The notes below the pieces were generated by a model, which saw nothing but the letters and a program-made list of their open reading frames with translations, ran no database searches and had not been told where the DNA came from. The position numbers and the translations under genes are program-made. Positions 1-13,799 of a DNA stretch of 64,000 bases are shown piece after piece. The stretch comes from Heterodontus francisci (Eukaryota), in contig NC_090383.1 of the NCBI RefSeq assembly GCF_036365525.1, positions 114,206,531 through 114,270,530 on the forward strand, written 5' to 3'. Position 1 is the stretch's first letter, and each line of letters opens with the position of its first letter.

Positions 1-1794
1 AAAACAAAGTGGCAGCCTCAAACAGAAGACACTGCAAAATGAACAGAACTTGTGTTTACATACATTGGGTGATCTCGCAAACTATGGAACTGCATCCTAA
101 AATGTAAATAAACTATTGTGCAAATTTGCATTACCTAGAACTGCACATTTCAGATACCTCACACCTCCCTCAATAATTATAGGATTATTTTAAAAGCATC
201 CAACATACGAACAAGGCATTGCCCACCTGTACTGAGGTTGCTGATCTCATGCACAGTGTAGTGTTCAGGCATCAGAAGGGTGAGGGAAAAATGGGGAAAA
301 ATCAGTCAGGCTTCCTTCATGAAAAGGGTTAGTTATATGGGTTTTGGTAAGAAAAAAAAAAATCAGGCTTGGCTCTGATACTCTCCATACTGACACTCAC
401 CATCCAGGCTCACAAAGAAATGGTCACTTGAGTGAGGCATTTGTGGAGCCACATACCAAACATAATGTTTGACATTTATCAGCGAAGGGAGAAGTAAATT
501 GGAGGGTGGGGGAGAAGGGGAAAATCCAAAACACATATGCCTGCTTTCAATGTATTTCTGAAGTACAAACAAAAAAATTGCTCCTATCCTCTGGTCCCCA
601 TTGTCCCTCTTCTACCATAGGCAGCAAACCTGCCATCACAAATCCAAACAGGAGGAAAATGGAGAGAACAAGAAACAGCTAAAAGAAATAGTAAGGAAAG
701 GCTAACATAGAAAGCTATTAAGTATAAGTAAAAAGAAAGGAACTTCACCCCCACTCTAATCTGAACCTTCCTCACTCCCTCGAAAACAGTGACTCATGTT
801 GGTTCATGGTTCCATAACAGGAGGACTCTGGTATCTCCTCCAATTGACCATTCTTCTTTAGTGGACCTAGACATTGAACGTCAGCCATACAGCGAACCAT
901 GGAGGCCACCACAGTCCACCAGTGCTTTAATCTCATGTCAGCCTTCAGATGATTATAAACCACCCAAGACTTTAGGGAAACCTCCAGAAGCATAACATGA
1001 GAGGTGGGTGCAGAACAGACAGGATCTAGGCACTCTGGCACTGATCAGAGTTGGGGCTGAGAGGAGTTAAGCTGCTTAATCCGGGCACATAAACAGGAAG
1101 GTCGCTAACCAGAGTGCAGACAATTTGGAATTCTAATGCAGCGTTACAGTCACGATAACATTTTACTTCCCACCTGTGGAAAAAAGAAAGCGTCCTTAGA
1201 CCATCCTGTGAACCACATCACATTATTCTGCAATGATGTCAAGTTTGGCACTGCTTTGAACTGCCCTTAGTTGGGATTTTATTTGGAGTGTATAAAAGAT
1301 CATTTAAAAAATAAATCTATAAACTGCTCAGCTTTGTGAAGTCATGTGAACCCCCCTGGTTAAATTACAGCCTATTACTCACTCCCAACCATTCATAATT
1401 CTGTATGCATAATTTAGAATGTAATTAAATGGAACACAATGTACTGTGACTACCAGACTCAATAATAAATATTCCTTGAATTGAGTCAAGGATGAAAGAA
1501 TTTCTTGGTACATTTCTGGTCACAATCAGTAACTACATTCAACTAGTTCATTGGACCATGTCACAGGACTATTCCAAAGACCTTCCAAGACCAGCAAAAT
1601 CAACAAATATTTCCATAGATACTTGCAAAAAGCACCAAGAGATCATTGCTCTAGTACAAATGTTCCCTGCACAATATGATTAGTTTCGGCTAGTTTTGTA
1701 GTAAAAACAGACACTACCTGGAAGATTTTCATAGAAGTCACATTAAAATCTAAAAGATACACTGCAACAATTCCCAATGTCTTCAAATTCTTTT

Positions 1795-2100
1795 TTTTTC
1801 TTGAGATACAGCACTGAAACAGGCCCTTCGGCCCACCGAATCTGTGCCGACCAACAACCACCCATTTATACTAACCCGACGGTAATCCCATATTCCCTAT
1901 CACCTACCTACACTAGGGGCAATTTACAACAGCCAATTTACCTATTACCTGCAAGTCTTTGGCAGTGGGAGGAAACCGGAGCACCCGGTGAAAACCCACG
2001 CGGTCACAGGGAGAACTTGCAAACTCCGCACAGGCAGTACCCAGAATCGAACCCGGGTCCCTAGAGCTGAGAGGCTGTGGTGCTAACCACTGCGCCGCCC
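1795..2100 (-). mobile_element. tRNA-derived SINE, HE1/V-SINE-like with CR1-type tail
   Basis: A-box-like GGCGCAGTGG and B-box-like GGTTCGATTC head, central TTCTCCCTGTG...GGGTTTT...GGTGCTCCGGTTTCCTCCCAC domain, tail GGGCCGAAGGGCCTGTTTCAGTGCTGTATCTC. Confidence 0.85.
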
Positions 2101-3879
2101 CAACCACTGCACCGGCCCTCATTCATCTCACACTTTTCCTATTTTTGACAATGTGCCCCCCCACCTTTCCTTGAAGCACTGATTCTTGCTTGGATATGGT
2201 TCTACAGGCACCAGCCATCCCCAGCACCACGTCAAGTAAGTATTGTTCACGTGAGAGGCCGGACCGTGCATGCCAATTGGTTATTTAACCAATTGATATT
2301 TCCCCCACCTGTTACTAACTCTTTAGTCCAACACTAGCACGGAGTCACACTCTCAAACTTTTTGGCAATCTCTTGCAAATACAGGCAAGCTCCTCCAAAC
2401 AATGAGCCACCATCAGGTATCCGCTGTATCAGTGCAGAAAATATGCCTCACTCGCAAACAGCTACAAAGTTAAACAAGCTAACAAATCCAGATCGATTCT
2501 GATCGGACGACTGATGGGGTGAAATCTGATGACCTCGGGGATCCCGTATTCTCTTAGTTTCCAGTCTGAAAATGTACAGCATGGGATGGCACTAATGTAA
2601 TGATCCTTCAGTTTATGAATGCAAGAATGAACAGGAATCAAAATAAACACTGTATATTGAGCTAGGCTCAAAATCCATAAAATATCATTCATCACTCTGG
2701 GGATCCTGTCAAATTAAATCGCAGGAATATCACTGTCCTGTCAGACTCGTTCTGCTTCTGCTATGATTGAACCATTGTTAAATTTACTGGTCAAGGACCA
2801 CGAGACTAGCGTCGGAGCCGATCCCTACATTTTTAACAATCATTTTTTTAAAAAGAGATATACATCTGTTTCCTGTGCCATCGCTCAGGATCAGTCAGAG
2901 GACTGTATTGTTAAGGACAGGAGCTTTCTACCATGTAACAACACACATTTATCCTGCAAGGTGGCAATGTGCCATCTGGCCACTCGCTAAAAGAACAAGA
3001 TTGCATCCATTTTGTAGTTGGCTCCTTTGGTAGAAAATAGGTGGTTGACCCTCAACGCTGATAATAAGCCTGCATGTACATTCAGATTCTTATAACGAAC
3101 TTCAGTTTGGGCCCCTCTGGCTTGAAACTTCTGCTCATTACTACGATGCCATCTCACCAATCCCTAATGCAAGCAACCTTGCCGGGTCCACATCCTAGTT
3201 GTAACAACCACACATCCCAACTGGCCTTAACCTGGTTGTCAATCCCACCCTCCATCTAGACCTGGCTCCCTCTACCCAGACCTGTCAGGCACACATTATG
3301 GTGTCTGCTCAGCCCGTAAGCATTGGTATGAAAAATTCACTAACATGCAATAGAAAATCCAAACCTACAGCAACAATATTGCATACTGTAGCATAAAGAG
3401 TGTATTCTAGATCAGTGAGGCGGGGTGGGGGGGGGGGGGGGGGAGGGTTTACGGTTGAATCATTCAATGGCCTCCTTATTTTGGCTTTTATTTTCTACAT
3501 GCTTTTTCAGGCCATAAATAAAGGAATATTTATCCTCAGAAAATTTCTCAGTGCTTCTGGAAGGATCAAAAGTCACATATCTACATATAAACAGATACAT
3601 ACAAATGTAAGATTTACAACAGAAAACAATTAGGGCAGGAGAAACTTCTTGAGTGATTTGTGAGGTTGTGGATTTCACTTCAAGGGTTAGTGATTGAAGC
3701 AGATGTTGAGTTAACATTCAAGATTAGACTGGAGAGGTGGAAGGAGGAAAAGGGGTTGAAGGGAAATGAAAATAGGGCAGGCAAATGTGACTAGAACAAT
3801 TTGCTAGTGTAGAAGGTAAATGGCAACTTGGGCTGGTTGGGCCAAATGGCCTGTTTCACATTGGGAACTTCTATGCACA

Positions 3880-4612
3880 TCTCTTTGGCCTCCTTATCTC
3901 GAGAGACAATGGGTAAGCGCCTGGAGATGGTCAGTGGTGTGTGGAGCAGCGCCTGGAGTGGCTATAAAGGCCAATTCTAGAGTGACAGGCTCTTCCACAG
4001 GTGCTGCAGAAAAATTTGATTGTTGGGGCTGTTACACAGTTGCACCTCTGTCTTTTTTCCTGCCAACTGCTAAGTCTCTTCGACTCGCCACACTTTAGCC
4101 CCACCTTTATGGCTGTCCGCCAGCTCTGACGAACGCTGGCAACTGACTCCCACGACTTGTGATCAATGTCACAGGATTTCATGTCGCGTTTGCAGACGTC
4201 TTTAAAGCGGAGACATGGTCGGCTGATGGGTCTGATACCAGTGGCGAGCTCGCTGTACAATGTGTCTTTGGGGATCCTGCCATCTTCCATGCGGCTCACA
4301 TGGCCAAGCCATCTCAAGCGCCGCTGACTCAGTAGTGTGTATAAGCTGGGGATGTTGGCCGCCTCGAGGACTGCTGTGTTGGAGATACGGTCCTGCCACC
4401 TGATGCCAAGTATTCTCCGGAGGCAGCGAAGATGGAATGAATTGAGACGTCGCTCTTGGCTGGCATACGTTGTCCAGGCCTCGCTGCCGTAGAGCAAGGT
4501 ACTGAGGACACAGGCCTGATACACTCGGACTTTTGTGTTCTGTGTCAGTGCGCCATTTTCCCCACACTCTGTTGGCCAGTCTGGACATAGCAGTGGAAGC
4601 CTTTCCCATGCG
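3880..4612 (-). mobile_element. RTE-clade LINE, 5'-truncated 3' end
   Basis: 197-aa open frame with LLYGSEAW, CLRRIL, RRLRWLGHVSRM and a C-terminal CSTCGRAC...H...C zinc knuckle, typical of RTE ORFs. Confidence 0.9.
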
Positions 4613-6139
4613 CTTTCACATGGTACTATACAAACTCTCCCAGCTGCTATTCCAAAAGTAGAATGTTAAAAGGAGTTAATATGCATCAGTAGCTGCATCC
4701 TCAGCACCACCACCTCCCCCATGAAACTTCCTTCAGCTGTCCACTTGTGGGGCAAGCACTCAATGTTGACTCTGCCCATTAGTCTCTCTCTCTTCAAAGC
4801 TGCAGTGGTGCTGATGATTTTGGTTCATAAAATGGGTTTAATCATAATTTTGGAATTATGTGGTGGTAATTATTGGATCCAACCCAAATAACAAATGGCT
4901 TAACTATTTGATACAAGTGTGCACAAAGCAGCACTGTATATTTTCAGTAGGTTTAACAGATTGGCACCAATTGAAAAACAAGCACATGTATCAAATATAT
5001 TTCAATACTATGTGTGCGACTTTTAGTTTACCATTTGAACCTACTTCCACCACAACCAGAACCAGACCTCCAATGAGCAATTGGCCATTGCTTTATGCAT
5101 CTCAAAATGCTCTCTCCAAACAGAACCCAAAATTTCTAATTGCCCTGTTGGATATTTCTCAGTTCAAGAAGAATACAACAACAAAAATCTAACAAATACC
5201 TTTACAATTTACCAAAATAATCCACCCACAGTGCAGTTACATGAACACTGAACACACATCAAAATTATACCTTGCAAATCTCAGATCTAATCTAATCTAT
5301 TCCAATCTAGCCAGTTTCAAATCCCTGATGCTGTAAACAAAGTGCTTAGCACACTGCTTCACTGTGCCATCTAAGTAAATATGATACATTTCTAACAGTT
5401 ATAAATCCAACCTTTACAATGGAATGTAATAGATAACTAGTGCTGTGGTGCCTCACAGAAGAGTGTCTCACTCTTCCCCAATTTAGTCTGCCATCTTGAT
5501 TTTTGTCAGTATCGAAGCCTGCAATTTTGAGAGCTTGCTTGTCGATAACATTCCACTTTTTCATTATTTCAGTCGCAATGATATCTCTCCAACCTTGACT
5601 CCAATATATTGCTTAGCAAATATATATCTCCCGACATGCCATTTCTCTCCCCCTCCCACCACTCGCCTGATATGGAATATCTCCCACATTCTTCCCTGCA
5701 GTGCTGCCTACTTGCTGAATAAATACTGCTCTATTGTTTACTCAAGTTTCATGATACTGATTTAAAAATAAATATTTCCCCACTGCCTGCTTTCCGTCCT
5801 AAAATTCAATGTTGCTACCAACTCACCCCATTTATAAATAAATATTTTTCAGGAAACACAAGAGAGTTGGACAAAGATTATGACAGACCCATTACAAAGT
5901 AATGCAATGGGAAGGTAGAGATCCAGCAAAAAAAAAAATCACAGTAGCAGGGAACAATTCATCATGGCGCAGAGACACTAATACATTGGCAACAAAATGG
6001 GGGAAATAACGTCCACAGAGATTAGAGCAGAACATAAAGTCAGTAAATAAACAGTTCTGGACAGAGGCACATGGATGACAGAAATCACCGATTCACAGGC
6101 AAATCGAGGAAAAACTTTAACAAAGAAAAATCAGACCAA

Positions 6140-6790
6140 GAACAACTTGCATTTATATAGTGTCACAAATGTAATAAACCTTCCCAAGGCACTTCACAGG
6201 AATGTAATCAGACGAAAACTGAATGAGCCAAAAAAGGAGACATTAAAAGAGCTTGGTCAAAGATGTAAGTTTTAAGGGGCACCTTAAAGGAGAAGAGGTG
6301 GAAACGTGTGGAGATTTTGGGACGGATATCAGCACTTCGAGCCTAATCAGCTGAAGGCACGACTGCCAATGGTGGGGTGAAGGACATGGGGATGGAAAAG
6401 AGCCAGAATTGGAGGAATGCAGATCTCTCTGAGGATCGTAGGTTACAGAAGGAGGGAAGTGGTGAGGCCGTGGAGGGATGTGAATGCAAGAAGAAATTTT
6501 AAATTGAAGCATTTGGGGACCAGGAGCTCTTGTGGGTCAGCGAGCACTGGGGCGATGGGTGAATAGGGCTTGGTGCAATAAGAATACAGGGTATGGGGTG
6601 GACAGAATTTTGGACAGGCTCATGTTGATGGATGGTGGAAGATGGGAGGCCAGCTCAAGACTGTGGTCACAGATGGAGGATGAAATCTGTGGTTAGCGAT
6701 CAGACAGGAGCTTGTGGTAGGGTCAAAGTCAGTGGCTGCAGTCTTCCCAGTCTTTAATTGGAGAAAACAGTTCATCCAGGATTGGATGTC
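6140..6790 (-). mobile_element. L2 LINE 3' fragment
   Basis: L2-type tail (reverse of CTATATAAATGCAAGTTGTT); homologous to 16150-16940. Confidence 0.7.
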
Positions 6791-6961
6791 AGGCAGAATG
6801 AGACAGGATGATTTCTTGGAAATGAGATCAGCACGCACACAGATCAATCAGCTAGAGACACAGACAAATCAGGCAGATAATAAACATCATAGCACAAATA
6901 TATCTATTTTCTCTCTCAACGATATGTTATGCCAGATCAATAAGCAAATCAGAGCATATAA

Positions 6962-7097
6962 TAAAAGCAAAATACTGCGGATGCTGGAAATCTGAAATAA
7001 AAACAAGAAATGCTGGAACCACTCAGCAGGTCTGGCAGCATCTGTGAAAAGTGAAGCAGAGTTAACGTTCCGGGTCAGTGACCCTTCTTCGGAACAA
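6962..7097 (-). mobile_element. Solo Penelope terminal fragment (other pieces at ~15884-15965, 17860-17940, 20712-20790)
   Basis: Near-identical to 32004-32145. Confidence 0.8.
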
Positions 7098-8430
7098 ATC
7101 AGGGTGACTGATTAAGATACAAAGATCAAGCAGCGAGAGCACTCACCATGAGTTCTACCAGTTATATACAAAGCAGTCCAATTATTATAAAAATAAACAG
7201 ACCCACTTCTCAAATTGCATATAAATCTGACCCATTTCTACCATTTTAAGTAAATCTGGTCCATTTACAACTGCGTATCAGACTCCGACTATTTTTATTT
7301 GTAGGTTTTTTTTAATTAGGAAAGGGCTTTGATAGGGTAGACATACAGATGATGTTTCCACTTGTGGAAAAGTCCAAAACTACAGGGCATTACAGTCACT
7401 AATAAATCCAACAAGGAATTCAGGAAAAACTTATTCAGAGAGTGGTGAAAATGTAGAACTCCATCAGATGAAGTAGATGATTCAATTAAAGATGAATTAA
7501 GGGGAAACTAGGTAAGTACATGAGGGAGAAAGGAAAAGGACATTTTGATAGAGTTAGACAGTCTGTGGGGAGGCTCATGTGGAGCATAAAGACCAGCATA
7601 AACCTATAACATTATATACAGCTCCAATTATAACTGCATATAACTGCGACCCAAAACACTTTAGAACAAACCATTTACAGCATTATTGTATATATTTTAC
7701 TCAACCCCATCCATTTAGAACACTAAAAAGCTGTGACCCTTTGCTCACATACACAGCCCTGCCCATTCAAAACAATATTGTGTGCAACTCATTTAAAACA
7801 CTGATAATGGCTCCAAACCTGCTGTATACAACACTTATTCTCAATGTAAACTGACCTGCACAACATACATACATAGAGCTGTAGCTCACCATATATTTCT
7901 CCCTCTCCCCATGAATAATGTTCTGACTCCCTCCCCAAACTTTGTATAGTGCTCAATCCCTCCTCACTATATACAGTTCTTAATACATCCGTACTGCCTA
8001 GCTGAATCCCTATATGCACAGCGATGACTCTCCCCTACGCTGCGTATATGGGGTCAGGCCTTCTGCCCCCTCCTCAATACTGTATATACAGGTTTGCGCA
8101 CCCCCCAGCCCAAACACTGTATATACAAGGTCAGGCCACCACCTTCCACCACCACCCTCCCCCAATACTGCGTACACAGGGTCAGGTCTCCAGCTCCCCA
8201 CACCACACCAGACCACCCCCCCCCCCAAATACTGTATATATAAGGTCAGGCCAACACCACCCACACCCAATACTGTGTGAACGGGGTCCAGCCCATCCCC
8301 ACCCCCCATACTGCATATACAGGTCAGGCCTCCCAACACTGCATATACGGGGTCGGGCCTCCCTCCGCCCACACCATACTGCATATACGGGGTCGGGCCT
8401 CCCTCCGCCCACACCATACTGCGTATACGA

Positions 8431-9566
8431 TCAGCCCCCCCCCTCCTACCGCGTACGCGGGGTCAGCCCCCCCTCCTACCGCGTACGCGGGGTCAGCCCC
8501 CCCCCTCCTACCGCGTACGCGGGGTCAGCCCCCCCCCCTCCTACCGCGTACGCGGGGTCAGCCCCCCCCTCCTACCGCGTACGCGGGGTCAGCCCCCCCC
8601 TCCTACCGCGTACGCGGGGTCAGCCCCCCCCCTCCTACCGCGTACGCGGGGTCAGCCCCCCCCCCCTCCTACCGCGTACGCGGGGTCAGCCCCCCCCCTC
8701 CTACCGCGTACGCGGGGTCAGCCCCCCCCTCCTACCGCGTACGCGGGGTCAGCCCCCCCCCTCCTACCGCGTACGCGGGGTCAGCCCCCCCCCTCCTACC
8801 GCGTACGCGGGGTCAGCCCCCCCCCCTCCTACCGCGTACGCGGGGTCAGCCCCCCCCCCTCCTACCGCGTACGCGGGGTCAGCCCCCCCCCCTCCTACCG
8901 CGTACGCGGGGTCAGCCCCCCCCCCTCCTACCGCGTACGCGGGGTCAGCCCCCCCCCTCCTACCGCGTACGCGGGGTCAGCCCCCCCCCCCTCCTACCGC
9001 GTACGCGGGGTCAGCCCCCCCCCCTCCTACCGCGTACGCGGGGTCAGCCCCCCCCCCCTCCTACCGCGTACGCGGGGTCAGCCCCCCCCCCTCCTACCGC
9101 GTACGCGGGGTCAGCCCCCCCCCTCCTACCGCGTACGCGGGGTCAGCCCCCCCCCTCCTACCGCGTACGCGGGGTCAGCCCCCCCCCTCCTACCGCGTAC
9201 GCGGGGTCAGCCCCCCCTCCTACCGCGTACGCGGGGTCAGCCCCCCCCTCCTACCGCGTACGCGGGGTCAGCCCCCCCCCTCCTACCGCGTACGCGGGGT
9301 CAGCCCCCCCCCTCCTACCGCGTACGCGGGGTCAGCCCCCCCCCTCCTACCGCGTACGCGGGGTCAGCCCCCCCTCCTACCGCGTACGCGGGGTCAGCCC
9401 CCCCCCTACCGCGTACGCGGGGTCAGCCCCCCCCCTCCTACCGCGTACGCGGGGTCAGCCCCCCCCCTCCTACCGCGTACGCGGGGTCAGCCCCCCCCCT
9501 CCTACCGCGTACGCGGGGTCAGCCCCCCCCTCCTACCGCGTACGCGGGGTCAGCCCCCCCCCCCCT
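8431..9566. repeat. Minisatellite, 35 copies of TCCTACCGCGTACGCGGGGTCAG + C(7-11)
   Basis: Counted directly. Units are near-identical apart from C-run length, and each carries the 12-bp palindrome CCGCGTACGCGG. Degenerate units flank the array at ~8030-8430 and ~9567-9680. Confidence 0.97.
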
Positions 9567-9727
9567 CATACTGCGTACAGGGAGTCAGCCCCCCCCCCCC
9601 AATCCAATACGGTGTACACGGGGTCAGCTCTCTTCCCCACCCCCCCCATACAGTGTACACAGGGTCAGGCCCCCCACCTCACTCTGTATGTATGTGTGTG
9701 GAGCCCCTTCGCCCTCCCCCTCAGTTA

Positions 9728-10860
<1,133 letters not shown>

Positions 10861-11440
10861 GTTGGGGGAGGAGCTACGGGGAGGGCAAGATAGGAGGGGA
10901 GGAGCTAGCGGTGGGGCTGGAAGTTGGGGAGGAGCTAAGGGGAGGGGCTGGGAGTTGGGGCGGGGCTAGTGGACACGCTGGAAGTGGGGTGAGAAGCTCG
11001 GTGGAAGAGGGGCTTGGAGTTGGGGAGGAGTTAAGGGGAGGGGCTGGGAGTTCAGGTGCGAGAGGAGGGGGAGGGCTAGTGGAGGGACTGAAAGTGGGAG
11101 AGAGGCTGGGGAGGGACAGAGTGGTATGAGGTGCTAGGTAGGTGGGGGGGTGGGTGGGCTGGGAGTGGAGGCGGGATTAGGGAGGGGCTAGGAGTTGGGG
11201 GGGCTGGAAGTGGAGGAGGGGCTGGGAGTGGAGGAGGGATTAGGGCGGGGCTGTGAGTAGAGGCAGGATTAGGGAGTGGCTGGGAGTAGAAACGGGATTA
11301 GGGAGGGGCTGCGTGGAGGAGGGATTAGGAAGGGGCCAGGAGTGGAGGAGGGACTGGGAGTTGGGGAGGAGGGACTGGAAGTGTGGAGGAACTGGGTGAG
11401 AGGCTGGGAGTGGGGAATGGGATGAGGGGCTAGGAGTCTA

Positions 11441-11800
11441 GTTTAGTTTTAGTTTAGTTTAGAGATACAGCACTGAAACAGGCCCTTCGGCCCACCGAGT
11501 CTGTGCCGACCATCAACCACCCATTTATACTAATCCTACACTAATCCCATATTCCTACCACATCCCCACCTGTCCCTATATTTCCCTACCACCTACCTAT
11601 CCTAGGGGCAATTTATAATGGCCAATTTACCTATCAACCTGCAAGTCTTTTGGCTTGTGGGAGGAAACCGGAGCACCCGGAGAAAACCCACGCAGACACA
11701 GGGAGAACTTGCAAACTCCACACAGGCAGTACCCAGAATTGAACCCGGGTCGCTGGAGCTGTGAGGCTGCGGTGCTAACCACTGCGCCACTGTGCCGCCC
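11441..11800 (-). mobile_element. HE1/V-SINE-like SINE, full length
   Basis: Same family as 1795-2100, ends in (CTAAA)n. Confidence 0.88.
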
Positions 11801-11954
11801 TATCCATCATGGATGGATCAGAAGTGGGGCGGGACTGGGGGAGAGGCTGGGAGGCTCGGAGTAGGGGAGGGCTGGGGAAGGGGCTGGGAGTGGGGAGGGG
11901 CTGGGAGTGGGGTCCTCCCTCCCAGTGTAATGATTAACAGGTCAGATTCCAGAA

Positions 11955-12332
11955 AGACCTATATAGCACCTCCACAACTATCAGATGTCCCAAAGCACTT
12001 TGCAGCCAATGAAGGACTTTTTGAACTGTAGCCACTGTTGTGATGTAGGAAACGCAGCAGCCTATTTGTGCACAGCAAGATAATGGCTAAATAGTCTGTT
12101 TTAGATTGGGGGATAAATATTGTCCAGAATATTGAGGAGAACACACCTGCGCTTCTTTGAAATAGTACCATGGGATCTTTTGTGTCCACCCAAGTGGGCA
12201 GACAGGGCCTCAGTTTAACGTCTCATCTGAAAGACGGCACCTCCACCAGTGCAGCACTCCTTCGGTACTGCGCTGCACTGTCATCCTTGATCTTTGTACA
12301 TAATTCCTGGAGTGGGACTTGAACCCACAGTG
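11955..12332 (-). mobile_element. DeuSINE-like tRNA SINE (SacSINE1 type) with L2-type tail
   Basis: Reverse strand contains GGTGCCGTCTTTCAGATGAGACGTTAAAC...GATCCCATGG, the Deu-domain-like core. Confidence 0.75.
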
Positions 12333-12984
12333 TACAACCTCCAGCGTAATCATTGACAGGTCAGTGTAAATTGTATCTCTTCTTACAGCTGTAAGGGTGA
12401 GTAAGAGACTCTATAGAAATAATGAAAGGCTGTTTCTCTTTTTTGTCACATATCAACCTCACAGATTAGTCCTGGATCGATAGGCTGGTAGAAGCCCTTC
12501 TGTTGCATGCCTATGAGTTTTGAAGCATGAAAGACAATTGTATGGGCATGTTTTATAGCCCAGGGTTGGGATTTTGTTTTCATTGAAGACACAGAGTTCC
12601 CTTTACTGCATCTCAGTGCAGTCACCAGGACTTCCCGTACCGGTGAGTTAACAATTGGAACTGATAACTTTGAGACCTTGAGCCATGGGAAGCCATATCA
12701 TTCTATTTGGGGGGGCACAAAAAATTCTCCCACTGGTTAGCCCATTATTCAAGTTGTTAGATAGAGTGTGCTAGATTCTCACTGAGTCTGCCAACAACTC
12801 ATCTGTGAAAAGGAATATCTCAATACTTTCAGAAATGAGTGGAAGAAGTTCATCTTTTACCATGCCATCCAATGCTTCATTGATGAATACATCAAATAAG
12901 GTGGGTAAGTGTGAACAACTTTCTTCTCTTTTTTGTCCACAGATGGTTTTCAGTGAGTCTCTTAACTCGCCCCAATCTTGGAGA

Positions 12985-13440
12985 TCAAGGACACAGTGCG
13001 GATAAAATCCTAGATTGAAGGCAGAGTTTGGAGAAGCTGGGGGTTACTCTCCTTAGAGCACAGAAGGTGAAGAGAAGACTCAATAGAGGTTTAAGATCAT
13101 GAATGGTTTCAATAGAGTGAATAAAGAGAAACTGTTTCCAGTGACAGATGGGCCAGTAACTGGAGGACACAGATTTAAGGTGATTAGCAAAAGAGGCAAC
13201 AGGTGAAAACATTATCTAACACAGCGAGTTGTTGCGATCTGGAATCCACTGCTTGAAAGGGTGATGCAAGCAGATTCAATAATAATAATAATAATAAGAG
13301 AATTGGATAAATACTTAAAGAGAAAACAACTGCAAGGCTGTGGAGAAAGAGCAGGAGGAGTGGGACCAATTGGAAAGCTCAACCCAGGAATTGGCAGAGA
13401 CACAATGGGCTGAATGGCCGCCTGTACTGTATTCTATGAT
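12985..13440 (+). mobile_element. CR1 3' fragment (similar short ones at ~7315-7600, 19740-20108, 30140-30490, 35595-35800)
   Basis: CR1 tail GGGCTGAATGGCC and WNPL-type motif. Confidence 0.75.
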
Positions 13441-13799
13441 TCAGTCATATAATCAACAAATAAAAAAAAAATCATTTACTTTTTTTCCCCCCATAGTGTG
13501 GCCCAAACACACGTTTGCCTCATCTGGAGAAGGTACATGATTCCATCTTGACTAAAACATCTTTATTAACTACCCAAGAAAAAGCAATAAAAATAGAAAA
13601 TGGGAAATAAAGGAACTCAGATCCTGCACAATACTTTTGTTTCTGTTTTTTTTCTCGATTCCATTTATAGATGCCAATGTATGGAGGGTAATTTTAAGCT
13701 AAATCACCCGGTGGGAAAGGAATGTGTTACAGGCTGCCACCTGTTTTATACATGACACAATTTTGTTCTCCATTCACTCCAGTTCCCAGCGAGCGGGGT

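Noticed and set aside
1031-1116. C/D snoRNA-like segment closed by CACTCTGG/CCAGAGTG
   Set aside because: Boxes are non-canonical (TGATCA, CTAA) and lie antisense to the host gene.
8431-9566. CRISPR-like array (palindromic ~30-bp repeats)
   Set aside because: No unique spacers, only C runs; no cas genes; vertebrate intron.
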